Source: an uncultured Dehalococcoidia bacterium
GTDB taxonomy: Bacteria > Chloroflexota > Dehalococcoidia > Lucifugimonadales > UBA826
Direction of reading: 5' to 3'
DNA length: 64,000 nucleotides
Assembly: GCA_964500645.1 (NCBI GenBank)
Contig: CAZCOH010000006.1
Location: 1,492 to 65,491, forward strand
The first letter of the stretch is position 1, and each line of letters starts with the position of its first letter. Shown here piece after piece: positions 63,144-64,000 of this stretch. Under the pieces are notes generated by a model. That model was not told the origin of the DNA, made no database searches, and saw only the letters and a program-made list of their open reading frames with translations. A program made the translations under genes and the position numbers.

Positions 63144-64000
63144 TTAGTCCGATCCGATAGCCTCAGAACTAACTAGATCGTCGAATTTTTGTTCTGTGTA
63201 GCCTAATAAATTTCTTATTATATGTGAGCTGTCTTCTCCTACTTCTCTCATAGCGTGCCAACTTACCTTGTCCCTTTGCTTGCCTGGTACGGATTGGCCG
63301 TCGTAGACGATTTCACCCCAATTTTTCTCCTTTAAATTTACAAAGTAGTCTTTATCTCTCAGGTGTTTGTTTTCTAAAAGTTCACGGTTGTTTAGAACTG
63401 GTCCCGCCGGTACCCCGCATTTCTGAAGAGATTGAACTATCTCGTCTCGCGGATTATTTATTGTCCAATTAGATATGGTTTTATTTATAAATAATTCTGA
63501 ATTTTTCCTTTCTTTTGCATCGTTTAGTTTTGGGTCATTAAGTTCATTCCCTGGATATACCTGTTTCAGGCCATTCCATTCCTCCAAATTTCTCACAGCG
63601 ATAGTGATCCACTTATCTTCATCTTTTGTAGGGAATGCATCATGTGGACAATGTTGAGGGTGTTTATTCCCATTAATCAGAGGTGCGTCTGCACCTCTAG
63701 ACGAAGCTGCAATAAATTCGCCTAATGCTCCCAGCGGACTTTCAGAAAGGGCTATATCTATATATGCTCCCTGACCTGACTTAACACGTTCTCTTGCATA
63801 TGCCATAACTGACCAGACCGAGTTTAGGCCAGATATGGGATCTGCATAAGACATGCCGGTTTGCAAGGGTCTGTTAGGATCATAACCAATCAGAGAGGAA
63901 GCTCCTGAAACCGCTTCAGCAGTAGAACCAAAAGCTGGATATTCAGAATATGGTCCATCTAGTCCAAATCCAGGCATTGAGCACATAATAATATTGGCGT
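63144..64000 (-). CDS. Family-III CoA-transferase (5'-partial; continues past the window end)
   Basis: The frame is open to nt 64000 (..ANIIMCSMPGFGLDGPY). It aligns with the middle of 6997..8241 (IIMISMPALGLEGPW), so the track's ATG 63986 is internal. Confidence 0.8.
   Translation of the reverse strand, partial: ANIIMCSMPGFGLDGPYSEYPAFGSTAEAVSGASSLIGYDPNRPLQTGMSYADPISGLNSVWSVMAYARERVKSGQGAYIDIALSESPLGALGEFIAASSRGADAPLINGNKHPQHCPHDAFPTKDEDKWITIAVRNLEEWNGLKQVYPGNELNDPKLNDAKERKNSELFINKTISNWTINNPRDEIVQSLQKCGVPAGPVLNNRELLENKHLRDKDYFVNLKEKNWGEIVYDGQSVPGKQRDKVSWHAMREVGEDSSHIIRNLLGYTEQKFDDLVSSEAIGSD

Noticed and set aside
1-64000. tRNA, rRNA, CRISPR arrays, prophage or defence-system genes
   Set aside because: Reading both strands, I saw no T-loop/GTTCGAATC-type sequences, no regularly spaced short repeats, and no nuclease, helicase or integrase-like ORFs.

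Overview
This is a densely coding bacterial chromosomal window. I recognised no rRNA, tRNA, CRISPR array, transposase or integrase. The gene content resembles what is established for marine SAR202-type Chloroflexota: F420/flavin LLM oxidoreductases, many family-III CoA-transferases, crotonases, acyl-CoA dehydrogenases, leaderless sulfatase/DUF1501/DUF1800 proteins, and a lipoprotein SBP with a long EKEVV linker. That taxonomic call is inference only. Layout by region: (1) 1-2.2 kb holds the 3' part of a repeat-rich surface protein. (2) 2.2-18.8 kb is an acyl-CoA/CoA-transferase catabolic block plus two MFS transporters. (3) 19-25.7 kb holds an RdhA/QueG-like Fe-S protein, a sulfatase, an NHL propeller and a DUF1501/DUF1800 pair. 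(4) 25.8-36.5 kb is a Dpp/Opp-type ABC importer, interrupted by an opposite-strand gene fusing a permease to a CRTAC1-like FG-GAP/ASPIC domain. (5) 36.6-44 kb holds two giant tandem FtsX-type permeases with no ATPase nearby. (6) 45.3-57.5 kb is a 14-gene co-directional, AT-rich cluster. It contains a photolyase, a DICT-like/USP-like protein, small unknown proteins, a furan-fatty-acid-like lipid module (DUF1365, amine-oxidase-like flavoprotein, two CFA-synthase-like methylases), a diiron protein and a peroxiredoxin. (7) Divergent from that cluster is a two-gene operon. Its second gene encodes a CarH-like B12 photoreceptor signature (Wx9EH, ExHxxG) fused to a C-terminal XRE helix-turn-helix instead of an N-terminal MerR domain. 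I consider this regulator and the cluster it faces the best candidate for an undescribed light-response system. (8) 60-64 kb holds plsY, small membrane proteins, an acyl-CoA dehydrogenase and a 5'-truncated CoA-transferase. All functional calls rest on motif recognition by eye; no searches were run.
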